Shown one piece after another: positions 30,323-40,229 of a stretch of 64,000 nt of DNA (positions are counted from its first letter, which is position 1; every line of letters starts with the position of its first letter). The DNA is taken from assembly GCA_963805455.1 (NCBI GenBank), contig CAWDUJ010000004.1, positions 32,627 through 96,626 on the forward strand. Reading direction: 5' to 3'. Under the pieces are notes generated by a model. It did not search any database. It saw only the letters and a program-made list of their open reading frames with translations, and had not been told where the DNA came from. A program made the translations under genes and the position numbers. The stretch is from an uncultured Solirubrobacterales bacterium. GTDB lineage: Bacteria; Actinomycetota; Thermoleophilia; Solirubrobacterales; 70-9.

Positions 30323-31078
30323 CTACCCGCCGCGGGGGGTCCAGCGGAAGTAGCGGATCGCGAGCAGGAGGCCGGCGACGCCCCAGGCGGCGACGACGGC
30401 GAGGTGGTGCCATGGAATCCCGGTTCGGTCGACGTAGACGGCGAAGAAGGCCTGGAAGAAGTGGCGGACCGGGAAGAAGTCGGCGAAGTGGATGACGCCG
30501 CCCGGCAGCTCGCCGTCGGGGATGAAGACGCCGGAGAGGAAGTAGAGCGGCAGCAGCAGCGCGTTGACGATCGGTGCCGCGGCATCCTGGGAGGGGATCG
30601 CGGCGGTCAGCGCGATCCCGAGGCAGCAGAACGATGCCGCCCCAACCGCGAGGACGACCAGCAGCTCGGGCAGGTGCGCCCAGGGGATCCCGACTCCGTA
30701 GATGACGCGCCCGATCCCGACGACGATCGAGAACATCAGCAGCGAGAGGACGATCGAGTTGCCGATTTTGCCGGCGATGAAGACCCAGGCGGGCATCGGG
30801 GTGCCCCGGCCTCGCTTCAGGCGCCCGTCCTCGCGCGCGATCACGACCGTCATCGCCAGCGTCTGCATCGTCGCCGAGATCACCGCCAGGGTGATGATCG
30901 CCGGGACGTAGTAGGTGGTCGCCTCGATCCCGCCCTCTTCGGCGATCTTGGCTTCGCCGAAGACGACGGCGAAGATCAGCAGGAGCAGGACCGGGAACAT
31001 CACGGTGAAGAAGACGGCAGCCGGATTGCGCCAGAAGACCTTCTGGTCAAACCGCAGCTGGTGCAGGACGAGCCTCAT
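30323..31078 (-). CDS. ABC-2 type transporter permease
   Basis: MRLVLHQLRFDQKVFWRNPAAVFFT... with six predicted TM segments. Its ATG overlaps the ATPase stop (ATGA). Confidence 0.8.
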   Translation of the reverse strand: MRLVLHQLRFDQKVFWRNPAAVFFTVMFPVLLLLIFAVVFGEAKIAEEGGIEATTYYVPAIITLAVISATMQTLAMTVVIAREDGRLKRGRGTPMPAWVFIAGKIGNSIVLSLLMFSIVVGIGRVIYGVGIPWAHLPELLVVLAVGAASFCCLGIALTAAIPSQDAAAPIVNALLLPLYFLSGVFIPDGELPGGVIHFADFFPVRHFFQAFFAVYVDRTGIPWHHLAVVAAWGVAGLLLAIRYFRWTPRGG

Positions 31079-31926
31079 TCCTGGCGGGTGAGGGTCAGGT
31101 AGATGTCCTCGAGGCTCGGGCGCGAGACTTCCAGCCCCTCGAGCTCGAACCCCTCGGCGAGGGCACGCCCGGTCAGCTCGTTCAGCGCCCGGACCGGGTC
31201 GTCGGTCTCGATCGAGACCTGCTCGCCGTTGCGGCTGTAGGTGATCGTCGTCGTCTGGGCGTCGCGGTCGCCGAGGTCCTGCGGGGCGCCACCGGCGACG
31301 ATCTCGCCACCGGCGATGATCGCGACCCGGTCGGCGAGGCGCTGGGCCTCGTCCATGTAGTGGGTGGTGAGGAAGACCGTCTTGCCGAGGTCGCGGAGGC
31401 CGGCGATCAGGTCCCACGCCTGGCGCCGTGCCTGGGGATCGAAGCCGGTGGTCGGCTCGTCTAAGAAGAGCAGGTCGGGGTCCCCGATCAGCGCCATCCC
31501 GACGTCGAGGCGGCGCTGCTGGCCTCCCGAGAGGCTGCCGGCGCGTGCATCGGCCTTCTCGACCAGCCCGACCAGCCCGATCGTCTCCTCGATCGGGCGC
31601 GGCTCGTCGTAGTAGCCGGCGAACAGTTCGAGCGACTCTCGCACCGTCAGGTACGGCTCGAGCTTGCAGCTCTGCAGCACGATTCCGATCCGCTCGCGCC
31701 AGGCCCGGTCGGCCTCGGCCGGGTCCTCGCCAAGGACGGTGACCTCCCCGGCGTCGCGGTCGCGGTAGCCCTCGAGGATCTCGACCGTGGTCGTCTTCCC
31801 CGCCCCGTTCGGGCCGAGAAACGCGAAGACCTCGCCGGGGCCGACCTCGATCTCGATCCCGCGGACCGCCTCGACGTCGCCGTAGCTCTTGCGCAGGCCG
31901 CTCGCACGGATCACAGGTTCAGCCAC
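31075..31926 (-). CDS. ABC transporter ATP-binding protein
   Basis: GPNGAGKTT, LSGGQQRRL, LLFLDEP. GTG start at 31926 (VAEPVIRASGL). Confidence 0.85.
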   Translation of the reverse strand: MAEPVIRASGLRKSYGDVEAVRGIEIEVGPGEVFAFLGPNGAGKTTTVEILEGYRDRDAGEVTVLGEDPAEADRAWRERIGIVLQSCKLEPYLTVRESLELFAGYYDEPRPIEETIGLVGLVEKADARAGSLSGGQQRRLDVGMALIGDPDLLFLDEPTTGFDPQARRQAWDLIAGLRDLGKTVFLTTHYMDEAQRLADRVAIIAGGEIVAGGAPQDLGDRDAQTTTITYSRNGEQVSIETDDPVRALNELTGRALAEGFELEGLEVSRPSLEDIYLTLTRQE

Positions 31927-31937
31927 GGGGTTGATTC

Positions 31938-32849
31938 TTACGAGTCGAGCTCGACGTCGCGGTGCTTGACCCGCAGGGTCACGTCCTCGCGCCCGTCGAG
32001 ATCGCGCCGGATGCGGTCGGCGACGGTCACCGAGCGGTGGCGTCCCCCCGTGCACCCGATTGCGATCGTGAGGTGGCTCTTGCCCTCGGCGACGTAGGCG
32101 GGGACGAGGAAGTCAAGCAGTGGCAGCAGCCTGCCGTAGAACTCTCCGGCCTGGGTCCCCGACTCGACGTACTCCCGCACCTCCCTGTCGAGGCCGGTCA
32201 GCGGCCGCAGCTCGTCGACGTAGTGGGGGTTGGGGAGGAAGCGGACGTCGAGGGTCAGGTCCGCGTCCCGCGGGGGGCCGTTCTTGAACCCGAAGGTGAG
32301 CAGGGTCAGGGCGAGCTTGCCGCCGCCGTCGCTGCCGAGCATCTCCTCCGCAATCCGGCTTCGAAGGGCGCCACTGGTGAGGTCGCTGGTGTCCATGACG
32401 ACGTCGGCCCGGGCCCGCAGCGGCGAGAGCAGCTCGCGCTCGGCCCGGATCCCCTCGACGATCCTTCCCTCAGGAGCGAGAGGGTGGCGGCGGCGGGTCT
32501 CCTTGTAGCGGTCGACCAGGGTCTCCTCGTCGGCCTCGAGGAAGAGGACCCTCGGCTTCACCCCGTCGGCGTCGAGGTCGTCGAGCACCTGGATCAGGTC
32601 GTCGAAGTAGTCGCCGCCTCGCACGTCGGAGACGACCGCGGCCCGCTCGACGCCGCTGCCGGGGTGGCGGAAGAGCTCACCGAGGCTGCCGATCATCCGC
32701 GGTGGCAGGTTGTCGACGCAGAAATAACCGCCGTCCTCGAAGGCGGCGATCGCCTCCGACTTGCCGGCCCCGGAGTGGCCGGTGATGACGACCATCGTCA
32801 CCCCGGGCTCGGCGCTCGCCCCGTCTGCCTGCGAATCCTCGGCCATCAA
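31938..32849 (-). CDS. rapZ: RNase adapter / nucleotide-binding protein RapZ (YvcJ)
   Basis: VVITGHSGAGKSEA...FCVDNLP...IGCTGGRHRSV. Confidence 0.9.
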   Translation of the reverse strand: MMAEDSQADGASAEPGVTMVVITGHSGAGKSEAIAAFEDGGYFCVDNLPPRMIGSLGELFRHPGSGVERAAVVSDVRGGDYFDDLIQVLDDLDADGVKPRVLFLEADEETLVDRYKETRRRHPLAPEGRIVEGIRAERELLSPLRARADVVMDTSDLTSGALRSRIAEEMLGSDGGGKLALTLLTFGFKNGPPRDADLTLDVRFLPNPHYVDELRPLTGLDREVREYVESGTQAGEFYGRLLPLLDFLVPAYVAEGKSHLTIAIGCTGGRHRSVTVADRIRRDLDGREDVTLRVKHRDVELDS

Positions 32850-34801
32850 CCTGTCCTGTTCAGCTGCTCGTGGATGTCGCGGGCCACTTTGCCAGGGACC
32901 CCGGGCACCGCCTCGAGTTCCTCCCTGGTGGCCGCGACCAGCCGCTCCGGCGAACCGAAGTGCTGGAGGAGGGCTCGCTTCCGCGCCTGGCCCACGCCCT
33001 TGATCTCGTCGAGGACCGAGCCCGTCATCGCCCTGTCGCGGCGGCCGCGGTGATGCTCGATCGCGAACCGGTGGGCCTCGTCGCGGATCCGCTGCAGCAG
33101 CTTCGAGGCCTCGGAGTCGGCGGCGAGGTCGACCGGGACCGAGCGACCCGGGACGAAGACCTCCTCCTCGCGCTTGGCGAGCGAGGCGACCGTGACCCCG
33201 CGCTCGACGAATGGCTGCAGCGACCGCATCGCGGCGGCGAGCTGACCCTTGCCGCCATCGACAACGACCAATGAGGGCAGCGACGCGAAGCTCGAGTCGC
33301 GTTTGCCGTCATGCGGCGAGAGATCGGCCTGCTCGAGGTAGCGGTTGACCCGCCTGGTCAAGACCTCTTCAACTGCCGCAAAGTCGTCCTGCCTCCCACC
33401 CGCCCGCGGCGGACGCGGGAGGACATCGCCGTCCATTTCTGACTCTTTGGCGGTGTCCGGGAGCAGAGCACGCGGGCGGAAATTGATTTTGAAGCGCCGG
33501 TAGTCCGACTTCTTCGTCGCGCCGCCCTCGAAGACGACCATCGAGGCGACCGTGTGCTCGGCCCCGAGGTTGGAGATGTCGTAGCCCTCGATCCGGATCG
33601 GCAGCTCCTCCATCGCCAGCGCCTCGCGCAGGTCGGCGAGCGAGTCGACCCGGCGCTGGCGGCGGTGCTCGCGACGGAGGCGGTCCTGGTCGAGGGCGAG
33701 GCGCGCGTTGCGCTCGGCGAGCTCGCGCAGGCGCCGCTTGTCGCCGCGCTCGGCGACCCGTACCTCGACCGGCGCCCCGCGCTCCTCGCTGAGCGCGGAG
33801 GCGAGCAGCTCGGCCCGGTCCGCCAGGTAGGGCCCGACGACGATCGTCCGCGGAACCGAGGGCGAGGCCGAGTAATACTGACCGAGGAACTCCTCGGCGA
33901 CCTCGGCGGGCTCGCGTTCGGCCTGGTTGTCGAGGTAGAAGCTCTGGCGCTCGGCGAGGATCCCGTCGCGGACCTGGAAGACCTGGGCGTTGGCGTCGGC
34001 CCCCTCGGTGGCGACCCCGATCAGGTCGGCCGTTCCGACAGACCCGCCGGCGATCCGCTGCCGCTCGAACAGGGACCGGATCGCCTTCAGTCGGTCGCGG
34101 TGGACCGCCGCCCGCTCGAATTCCTGCGATGCCGCGGCGGAATCCATCTTCGCCTCCTCGTCCGCCTCGACCTGGCGGTAGTGACCGGAGAGGAAGGCGA
34201 CGATCGCGTCGATGTTGCGACGGTACTCATCGCTGCTGATGTATCCGACGCAGGGCGCGCCGCAGCGCTTGATGAAGTAATCGAGGCAGGGGCTGCCGGA
34301 GCGGCGGCCCGGCTCGGCTCCCTCGCAGGTGCGGAACTGGAACAGCTTGCCGAGCAGGTCGAGTGTCTCGCGGACCCGCTTGGCGCTCGAGAAGGGGCCG
34401 AAGTAGGCGCGTCCGGGACGGTGCTTTTCGCGGGTGAAGTAGACCCGCGGGTACTCCTCGTCGAGACTGACGCAGACGTAGGGATAGGACTTGTCGTCGC
34501 GGAGGCGGATGTTGAAGCGCGGGCGGTGGCGCTTGATGAAGCTCTGCTCGGCGAGCAGGGCCTCAGCCTCGGTCGCGGTGACCAGGAACTCGATCCTCTC
34601 GACCCGCGAGGTGAGCCGGGTCTCGCCGCCGGAGAAGTGGGAGGCGACGCGTTTGCGGATCGAGCGCGCCTTGCCGACGTAGAGCAGCTCGTCATCGCCG
34701 CCATGGAAGAGGTAGACGCCCGGGGAATCGGGCAGCTCGCGGCGCTGCTGCGCGATCCGCTCCGCCCGCGTCCCGCCCTCATCTCCGTGCTCTTCGGCCA
34801 T
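32846..34801 (-). CDS. uvrC: Excinuclease ABC subunit C (carries a ~26-aa in-frame insert)
   Basis: GIY-YIG module GVYLFHGGDDELLYVGKA and a C-terminal HhH. Insert RPRALLPDTAKESEMDGDVLPRPPRA lies between the FKI and DDFA motifs. Confidence 0.95.
   Translation of the reverse strand: MAEEHGDEGGTRAERIAQQRRELPDSPGVYLFHGGDDELLYVGKARSIRKRVASHFSGGETRLTSRVERIEFLVTATEAEALLAEQSFIKRHRPRFNIRLRDDKSYPYVCVSLDEEYPRVYFTREKHRPGRAYFGPFSSAKRVRETLDLLGKLFQFRTCEGAEPGRRSGSPCLDYFIKRCGAPCVGYISSDEYRRNIDAIVAFLSGHYRQVEADEEAKMDSAAASQEFERAAVHRDRLKAIRSLFERQRIAGGSVGTADLIGVATEGADANAQVFQVRDGILAERQSFYLDNQAEREPAEVAEEFLGQYYSASPSVPRTIVVGPYLADRAELLASALSEERGAPVEVRVAERGDKRRLRELAERNARLALDQDRLRREHRRQRRVDSLADLREALAMEELPIRIEGYDISNLGAEHTVASMVVFEGGATKKSDYRRFKINFRPRALLPDTAKESEMDGDVLPRPPRAGGRQDDFAAVEEVLTRRVNRYLEQADLSPHDGKRDSSFASLPSLVVVDGGKGQLAAAMRSLQPFVERGVTVASLAKREEEVFVPGRSVPVDLAADSEASKLLQRIRDEAHRFAIEHHRGRRDRAMTGSVLDEIKGVGQARKRALLQHFGSPERLVAATREELEAVPGVPGKVARDIHEQLNRTG
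33400..33479 (+). repeat. Palindromic element copy U (family A), inside uvrC and antisense to the gene
   Basis: Arms CCGCCCGCG/CGCGGGCGG. Inner 10-bp stem GGACATCGCC/GGCGGTGTCC surrounds loop GTCCATTTCTGACTCTTT. Confidence 0.75.
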
Positions 34802-34863
34802 CGACCAAAGAGTAGGCTCCTGGCCGTACGGCCAAATCGCGGAACGGGGAGAGCGCAGACAAA

Positions 34864-35691
34864 ATGAGCAGCACAGAGACCATCAGCCCGCCCGAGCTGA
34901 ACACCCTTCGACTCGAGATCGACGGGGACATCGGAACTCTCACTCTCGACCGCCCCGACCTATTCAACGCGATGAGCCCGGAGATGATCGGGGAGATGAT
35001 GGTCCTCTTCGCCTGGCTGGCGGACGAGGCGCCGCTGCGGGCCCTGGTGATGACCGGATCGGGCAAAGCCTTCAGCTCCGGCGGCGACATCAACACCTTC
35101 AGAGACGGGGTCGAGGACGACTCGGTGGACCTCCCCTCGCAGGTGCGACGGGGCGCAGAGGCGCTGCACACGGCGATCATCGACCTGCGCCGGATCCCCT
35201 ACCCCGTGATCGCCGCCATCAACGGGGCGGCGGCCGGCGCCGGGTTCTCCCTGGCACTCGCGTGCGACCTGCGGATCACCTCGAGCTCGGCGTTTTTCGC
35301 ATGCGCCTACGGCCGGATCGGAGCTTCGCCGGACGGCGGCATGACCTACTTCCTCCCCCGCATCGTCGGCCCGAGCAGGGCGGCGGAGATCCTTCTCCAA
35401 GACCCGAACATGACCCCAGACGAGGCCCTCGCGGATGGGATCGTGACCGAGGTCGTCGAGCCCGATCAGCTGATGACCCGGGCCCGGGAGATGGCCGGGA
35501 AGCTCGCCGCCAAGGCCCCCCACTACGTGAAGATGGTGAAAGTCCTCTGCGGCGAGAGCATCGAGAACAGCCTCACCGAGCATCTCCAGCTCGAGCGCCA
35601 CGGGATCGCCGACAGCATGGCGACCGAGGACCTCCAAAACGGCGTCGCCGCCTTCTTCTCCGGTGAGAAGCCTGTGTTCGAGGGTCGTTGA
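34864..35691 (+). CDS. Enoyl-CoA hydratase/isomerase family protein
   Basis: Crotonase-fold pattern ...GKAFSSGGDI...AAINGAAAGAGFSLALACD. Confidence 0.85.
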   Translation: MSSTETISPPELNTLRLEIDGDIGTLTLDRPDLFNAMSPEMIGEMMVLFAWLADEAPLRALVMTGSGKAFSSGGDINTFRDGVEDDSVDLPSQVRRGAEALHTAIIDLRRIPYPVIAAINGAAAGAGFSLALACDLRITSSSAFFACAYGRIGASPDGGMTYFLPRIVGPSRAAEILLQDPNMTPDEALADGIVTEVVEPDQLMTRAREMAGKLAAKAPHYVKMVKVLCGESIENSLTEHLQLERHGIADSMATEDLQNGVAAFFSGEKPVFEGR

Positions 35692-35763
35692 ACCGTTGAT
35701 CGCCGCATCACGTACTGCGCGATTAGAGTCTGTGATCCCAGTCCCCCAGGAAAGGTCCCGCCG

Positions 35764-36219
35764 ATGAACAAGGCCCTCGCCCTGCTAGCCCTCGTATTCG
35801 CGGCCGTCGCGCTGGTCGCCTGCGGAAGCGACAGCGGCACCACCACCGAAGCCGAAACCGAAACATCGAGCGGCGCGGCGGCGGGTGAATCGGAATCGGA
35901 ATCCGGGGGAGAAGCTTCGGGCGGAGAAGCCTCGAGCGTCGAAATTGAAGCGGACCCGGGCGGCGCCCTCGCCTACACCCAGGAAGAAGTGACCGCCAAG
36001 GCCGGTGACGTGACGATCGACTTCAACAACCCCCAGCCGATCGGCCATGACGTCGACGTGGAAACCTCGGGCGGCGCAGACCTCGGCAAGACCGAAATCA
36101 TCGCCGAAGGCTCCGAAAGCGTCACGCTGAAAGGCCTGAAACCCGGCAAGTACACGTACTTCTGCTCGGTCCCCGGCCACCGCGAAGCCGGGATGGAAGG
36201 CACCCTGGTCGTCGAATAG
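35764..36219 (+). CDS. Cupredoxin (plastocyanin/azurin-like) copper-binding lipoprotein
   Basis: Lipobox LVAC, a Gly/Ser/Glu linker, and type-1 Cu ligands GHD...YFCSVPGHREAGM. Confidence 0.8.
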   Translation: MNKALALLALVFAAVALVACGSDSGTTTEAETETSSGAAAGESESESGGEASGGEASSVEIEADPGGALAYTQEEVTAKAGDVTIDFNNPQPIGHDVDVETSGGADLGKTEIIAEGSESVTLKGLKPGKYTYFCSVPGHREAGMEGTLVVE

Positions 36220-36230
36220 ACGCGCGCGGC

Positions 36231-36782
36231 TCAGAGGGCCAGCAGGCCCCCTTCGAGACTGGCGTGGACGATGTCCGCAACCTCCTCGGGGCTCTCTTCG
36301 CCGAACTCGATCGCGTTCGGCTCGAGGTCTCCGAGGTCGGCGAAGCTCTGCCAGAGCTGGCGGATGACGTCGGGATCGGCGAGGAACGGGCCTTCGCGTT
36401 TTTCCGCCCGCTCGATGCAGACCTGGAGCGGGGGGCGCAGGACCGCACAGGCGACCTGGTGGCCGGCGGCCTCGAGCGCCTCATGGAGGGGCCGCAGGAA
36501 CCAGGCGGGGATCACGATCCCGTCGACGATCGTCCGATAGCCGCCGTCGGCATAGCCCGCGGCGGCCCCTGCGACGATCCCCATTACCACCTCGTTCTGC
36601 TCCTGGGACTCGGGCTTCCAGGGCTCGACGTAGCCGGACTGGATGAAGGCGAAGAAGCGGTCCGCTTCGAGATGGGCCGCCCGCGGCGAGCGTTCGGCGA
36701 GGATCGCCGCTGTCGTCGTCTTCCCGGACCCGGGGGACCCGGTGAGGATCAGTACCGCAGGATCGTCGCCGGCGTCAGCCAG
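36231..36782 (-). CDS. P-loop kinase-like (AAA_33-type) protein, start non-canonical or disrupted
   Basis: Walker A LTGSPGSGKTT is encoded upstream of the first ATG/GTG/TTG (track ORF starts at 36590). The only in-frame option after the upstream TGA is CTG 36780-36782, giving (M)ADAGDDPAVLILTGSPGSGKTT. Confidence 0.55.
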   Translation of the reverse strand: MADAGDDPAVLILTGSPGSGKTTTAAILAERSPRAAHLEADRFFAFIQSGYVEPWKPESQEQNEVVMGIVAGAAAGYADGGYRTIVDGIVIPAWFLRPLHEALEAAGHQVACAVLRPPLQVCIERAEKREGPFLADPDVIRQLWQSFADLGDLEPNAIEFGEESPEEVADIVHASLEGGLLAL

Positions 36783-37248
36783 CGGGCGCCATCACCCGGG
36801 TGACGGAATCACCGACGAAACACGGCTTCTCGTTGCCCTCGACCTCGAGCGTGAAGCGGGTGACGACCTCCCACCAGCCGCCGCCCTTCTCGTCGATCGA
36901 GACGACCTCGGCGCGGCCGCGGACCCGGCCATCGGCCGGGACGGGAGCCGGGAAGCGGATCTTGTTCCAGCCGTAGTTGACGCCGAGGGCGAAGCCGGTC
37001 GAGGAGATCAGCTCTTTGCGGAACCCGTCGACCAGCGAGAGGGTCAGGTTGCCGTGGGCGATCGTCGTCCCGAACGGGCTTTCGCTCTTGGCGCGCTCGA
37101 CGTCGACGTGGATCCATTGGTCATCGCCGGAGAGCTCGGCAAAGGTGTCGATGTCCTCCTGGGTGACGGTGCGCCACTCGCTCGGGCCGATCTCCTGGCC
37201 CAGCATCGACTGCATCCCCTCGACCCCGTTTACCTCGACGGTCGCCAT
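36775..37248 (-). CDS. MaoC-like (R)-specific dehydratase
   Basis: FAELSGDDQWIHVD...TIAHGNLTLSL hot-dog fold motif. Confidence 0.85.
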   Translation of the reverse strand: MATVEVNGVEGMQSMLGQEIGPSEWRTVTQEDIDTFAELSGDDQWIHVDVERAKSESPFGTTIAHGNLTLSLVDGFRKELISSTGFALGVNYGWNKIRFPAPVPADGRVRGRAEVVSIDEKGGGWWEVVTRFTLEVEGNEKPCFVGDSVTRVMAPAG

Positions 37249-37273
37249 CGGCCCGGAGTCTAGTCAAGCCGAC

Positions 37274-38848
37274 TCAGGGCGTCGCGGTCCGGACCCGGTA
37301 GATGTGGAACACCGACTGCCGCAGACCGTGTTTGAACTTCTTCGCGTGGACCAACTGGCGCACGATCAGGAGCTTCTTCTGCGGTTTCTTCGCCATTTTC
37401 GCCACCGTGGAGGTGAACTTGGGCTTGATCTTCAGTTTCGCCACCTTCCACTTGTTCGGCTTCTGCTTTGCAGATACCGACGCCGTGATCGGCTCACCGG
37501 GCTTGCAGCGACGGCGCCCCTTCCTGGTCGCACACCGCTTCTTCACCGTCACCGCCGAGGCCGCACCGATGCATTCGGGCTTGAACCTGTGTGCGCATTT
37601 GAGGCGCAGGTAGAGGAACCTGCCTTCCAGTAGCGCGGTGTTGAAATCGGGCGGCACCGGCGGGCCGACCCGGTGGGTGGCGCTGGTCTGGGTCGCGGCC
37701 CCGGCCTGATTCGATCCGGTCACCAGACAGACGTACTGGCCGGCTTTGGACGCCGCGATCGAGGGGCTGGTCGCGCCCGCGACAACTTTGCCGTCTCGGC
37801 TCCACTGGTAGGCGAACGAGCTTGGAGCGCGGTAGAGCAGCGCTTCGAAGATGTCGGCGGCCCAGGCCCCCTGCGAGCAGGAGAGGGTCATTCCGATGTC
37901 GGAGCCACCGCCGATGGTCGGGGGGCCGGTGCCGATCGGGGCTTTCTGGACGATCGGGAAGGCCGGCCCTTCGGTGGTCGCTCCCGCGGTGGAGAGCGGT
38001 CCGCCGCCGCTGCCGTCGAGCCTGGCGAACCCGATGGTGTCGCTGGCTCCTTCGCCGCCGTTGTTGGCCCAGTAGACGATCCCCGTTTCGGGATCGATCG
38101 CGACCCCCCAGGGCACGTCGACCGGGGCGCCGGTCGTCGGCAGGTCGGCGCCGCCGCTGCCGTCGAGCCTGGCGAAGCCGATCGTTCCCCCAAGATCGGA
38201 CCAGAAGATCCGCCGCGAGCTGGGATCGATCGCGACCCCGGCGGGAATCACGACGGTCGCTCCGGCGGTGTTGAGGTCGCCGCCGCCGCCGCTGTCGTTC
38301 GAATTGGCGAACGAGATCGTCGCGCCGTTGTAGTTGGACCAGTAGACCCGGCCGGCGGCGGGGTCGACGGTTATCCCGGAGGGCCCATCGAGAGTGGCTC
38401 CCGTCGTGTTGAGGTCGGCCCCGCCGCTGCCGTCGAGGCTGGCGAAGGAGATCGTCCCGGGAACGGTGTCATTGGCCCAGAAGATCTTCCTCGAAGCCGG
38501 GTCTATCGCGAGCCCATCCGGAGCCTGGACGCTCGCCGAGCCGGTGTTGAGATTCCCTCCCGGGCTTCCGTCCGGGTTGAGGAAGGAGATCGTGTTGGCG
38601 CCCTCGTTGGTGTAGTAGATGCGTCCCGTCGCCGAGTCGATCGCCATCCCGGCCGCTCCAGTCGCGCCGTTGAAGATGTCCCCGGCGCCACCGCCGGCGA
38701 GGTTGGCGAAGGAGAGCGCTTTGCCGTTGTCGTTGCCCCAATAGACCCGGTCGGCGCCGGCGGAGGATGCCGGCAGCACCGCCGCAAGGACACAGGCGAG
38801 AGAGACCGCGGCCAAGAACCAGGCTTTTGGTTCTCGAAATTGCACCAA
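37274..38848 (-). CDS. Secreted six-bladed YWTD/NHL-like beta-propeller protein with Ig-like domain and Lys-rich C-terminal tail
   Basis: Signal peptide. Six repeats: RVYWGNDN, RIYYTNEG, KIFWANDT, RVYWSNYN, RIFWSDLG and IVYWANNG, each followed by ISFA.LDGSGG.L.T. Then ...YQWSRDG...YVCLVTGSN (Ig-like). The tail is rich in K/R. Confidence 0.7.
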   Translation of the reverse strand: MVQFREPKAWFLAAVSLACVLAAVLPASSAGADRVYWGNDNGKALSFANLAGGGAGDIFNGATGAAGMAIDSATGRIYYTNEGANTISFLNPDGSPGGNLNTGSASVQAPDGLAIDPASRKIFWANDTVPGTISFASLDGSGGADLNTTGATLDGPSGITVDPAAGRVYWSNYNGATISFANSNDSGGGGDLNTAGATVVIPAGVAIDPSSRRIFWSDLGGTIGFARLDGSGGADLPTTGAPVDVPWGVAIDPETGIVYWANNGGEGASDTIGFARLDGSGGGPLSTAGATTEGPAFPIVQKAPIGTGPPTIGGGSDIGMTLSCSQGAWAADIFEALLYRAPSSFAYQWSRDGKVVAGATSPSIAASKAGQYVCLVTGSNQAGAATQTSATHRVGPPVPPDFNTALLEGRFLYLRLKCAHRFKPECIGAASAVTVKKRCATRKGRRRCKPGEPITASVSAKQKPNKWKVAKLKIKPKFTSTVAKMAKKPQKKLLIVRQLVHAKKFKHGLRQSVFHIYRVRTATP

Positions 38849-38888
38849 ACCAGACTCTAGTCCGCGCTGACCCGCCCGTCCAGTCTCT

Positions 38889-40229
38889 CTACGCCACCAG
38901 CCTCACTTCGAAGGCCGGCAGCAGGAGCGACCCGGAGCCGCCGAGGAGGGCGAGGATGCGGCTTACGTAGGCCTGGGTCTCGGGGATCGAGGGGACGCAG
39001 CCGCAGTCCTCGACCGCGCCGGGGCCGGCGTTGTAGGCGGCGAGCGCCAGCTGAGGCGAGCCGAACTGCCGCAGCAGGTCCGACATCAGGTGCGCCTCGG
39101 CATCGATCGCCGCCACCGGGTCGAAGGGGTCCTCGAGGCCGTAGGCGGCCGCCGTCGAGGGGATGAACTGGGCGATCCCCTCGGCGCCGGCGGATGAGGA
39201 GGCGAACGGGTCGAAGTTCGACTCCGCCATCAGCTGCGCGGCGAGCAGCGCCGCGGAGACGTTCCAGTGAGCGGCGGCACGAGCCAACGGGTCCCGGAAG
39301 CGGGCGGGGACGAAGCTCGGCAGGCCGCCGATTCCGGCGACGGTTCCGTCGCCACCTGGGGCCGCGACCGAGTTCCCGGCCGCCGAGCACGGCGCGGGAG
39401 GCCTTTCGTAGCCGTAGTGCCAGGCCTCCCAGGAATAGCGCTGGACGAAGCCGAAGCGGGCGGCGTTCGCGGCGAGCCAGCCGTAGGCCGAGTCGGGGCC
39501 GAGATCGAGCTCGGTCGCGCAACGGTGGAGCGAGTGGCCCGGCGGGGCGACCCATTGCGGGTCAGGGTTGGCGGCGAAGAGCGCCGCCTGTTCGGCGTCC
39601 GATCGGAAGCCGGAGTTGACCGTCAGGGCCACTCCCGCCGCCGCGGCTGCGGCTGCCATCCGGTCGAAGGCGGCGCCGACGTCCGGCCTCATCCCCTCGC
39701 CCTGGCGATAGGTGAGCGGGCCGCTGTAGCCGCCACCGGAAGCGATCGGCGGCAGCGAGGGCAGGGCGCCGGCCGCAGCCGCGGCTTCGGCTTCGGCCGT
39801 CGCCTCGACCCGACGGGTTGTCCCCGCGAGGTCAGCCGAAACCGAGGTCCTGACCCGGACCGGGGCGAACGAGAGGGCGTCGGGAAAGCCGACCCGCAGC
39901 CTCGCCACCCCCACCCCGTTCGCCGCTCCAGCGTCGGTGGCCGCGAGGCGGGCGCGCAGGAGGTAGGTCAGTTTGGCCATGTGCACGGGATTGGGAAGCC
40001 CGTTCGGGAGCGTCGGCGGAGAGAGCAGACGCGGCAGGTCATCGCGCATCGACCTCGCGGCCGAGATCGCCGCCAGATCCGCCGCCCGCTGGGTTCTCCC
40101 CTTGCCGGTCACGGCGCCCGCGATCGCGACCAGGGCCAGCGCCCCGGCGATCAGCGCAAAGGAGCCGCCGATCGCCAACACCACCGCCTGCCCGGACTCC
40201 CGGTGCCTGGCTGAGACCCCGCCGGTCAT
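38889..40229 (-). CDS. TadG-like membrane-anchored protein fused to M15 (VanY-type) peptidase and SLT lytic transglycosylase domains
   Basis: Start ATG 40227-40229 overlaps the upstream stop. ESGQAVVLAIGGSFALIAGALALV is a TadE/G-like N-terminus. NSGFRSDAEQ, HSLHRCATELD and EAWHY match M15. AESNF, GIAQF and AYNAG match SLT. Confidence 0.7.
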   Translation of the reverse strand: MTGGVSARHRESGQAVVLAIGGSFALIAGALALVAIAGAVTGKGRTQRAADLAAISAARSMRDDLPRLLSPPTLPNGLPNPVHMAKLTYLLRARLAATDAGAANGVGVARLRVGFPDALSFAPVRVRTSVSADLAGTTRRVEATAEAEAAAAAGALPSLPPIASGGGYSGPLTYRQGEGMRPDVGAAFDRMAAAAAAAGVALTVNSGFRSDAEQAALFAANPDPQWVAPPGHSLHRCATELDLGPDSAYGWLAANAARFGFVQRYSWEAWHYGYERPPAPCSAAGNSVAAPGGDGTVAGIGGLPSFVPARFRDPLARAAAHWNVSAALLAAQLMAESNFDPFASSSAGAEGIAQFIPSTAAAYGLEDPFDPVAAIDAEAHLMSDLLRQFGSPQLALAAYNAGPGAVEDCGCVPSIPETQAYVSRILALLGGSGSLLLPAFEVRLVA

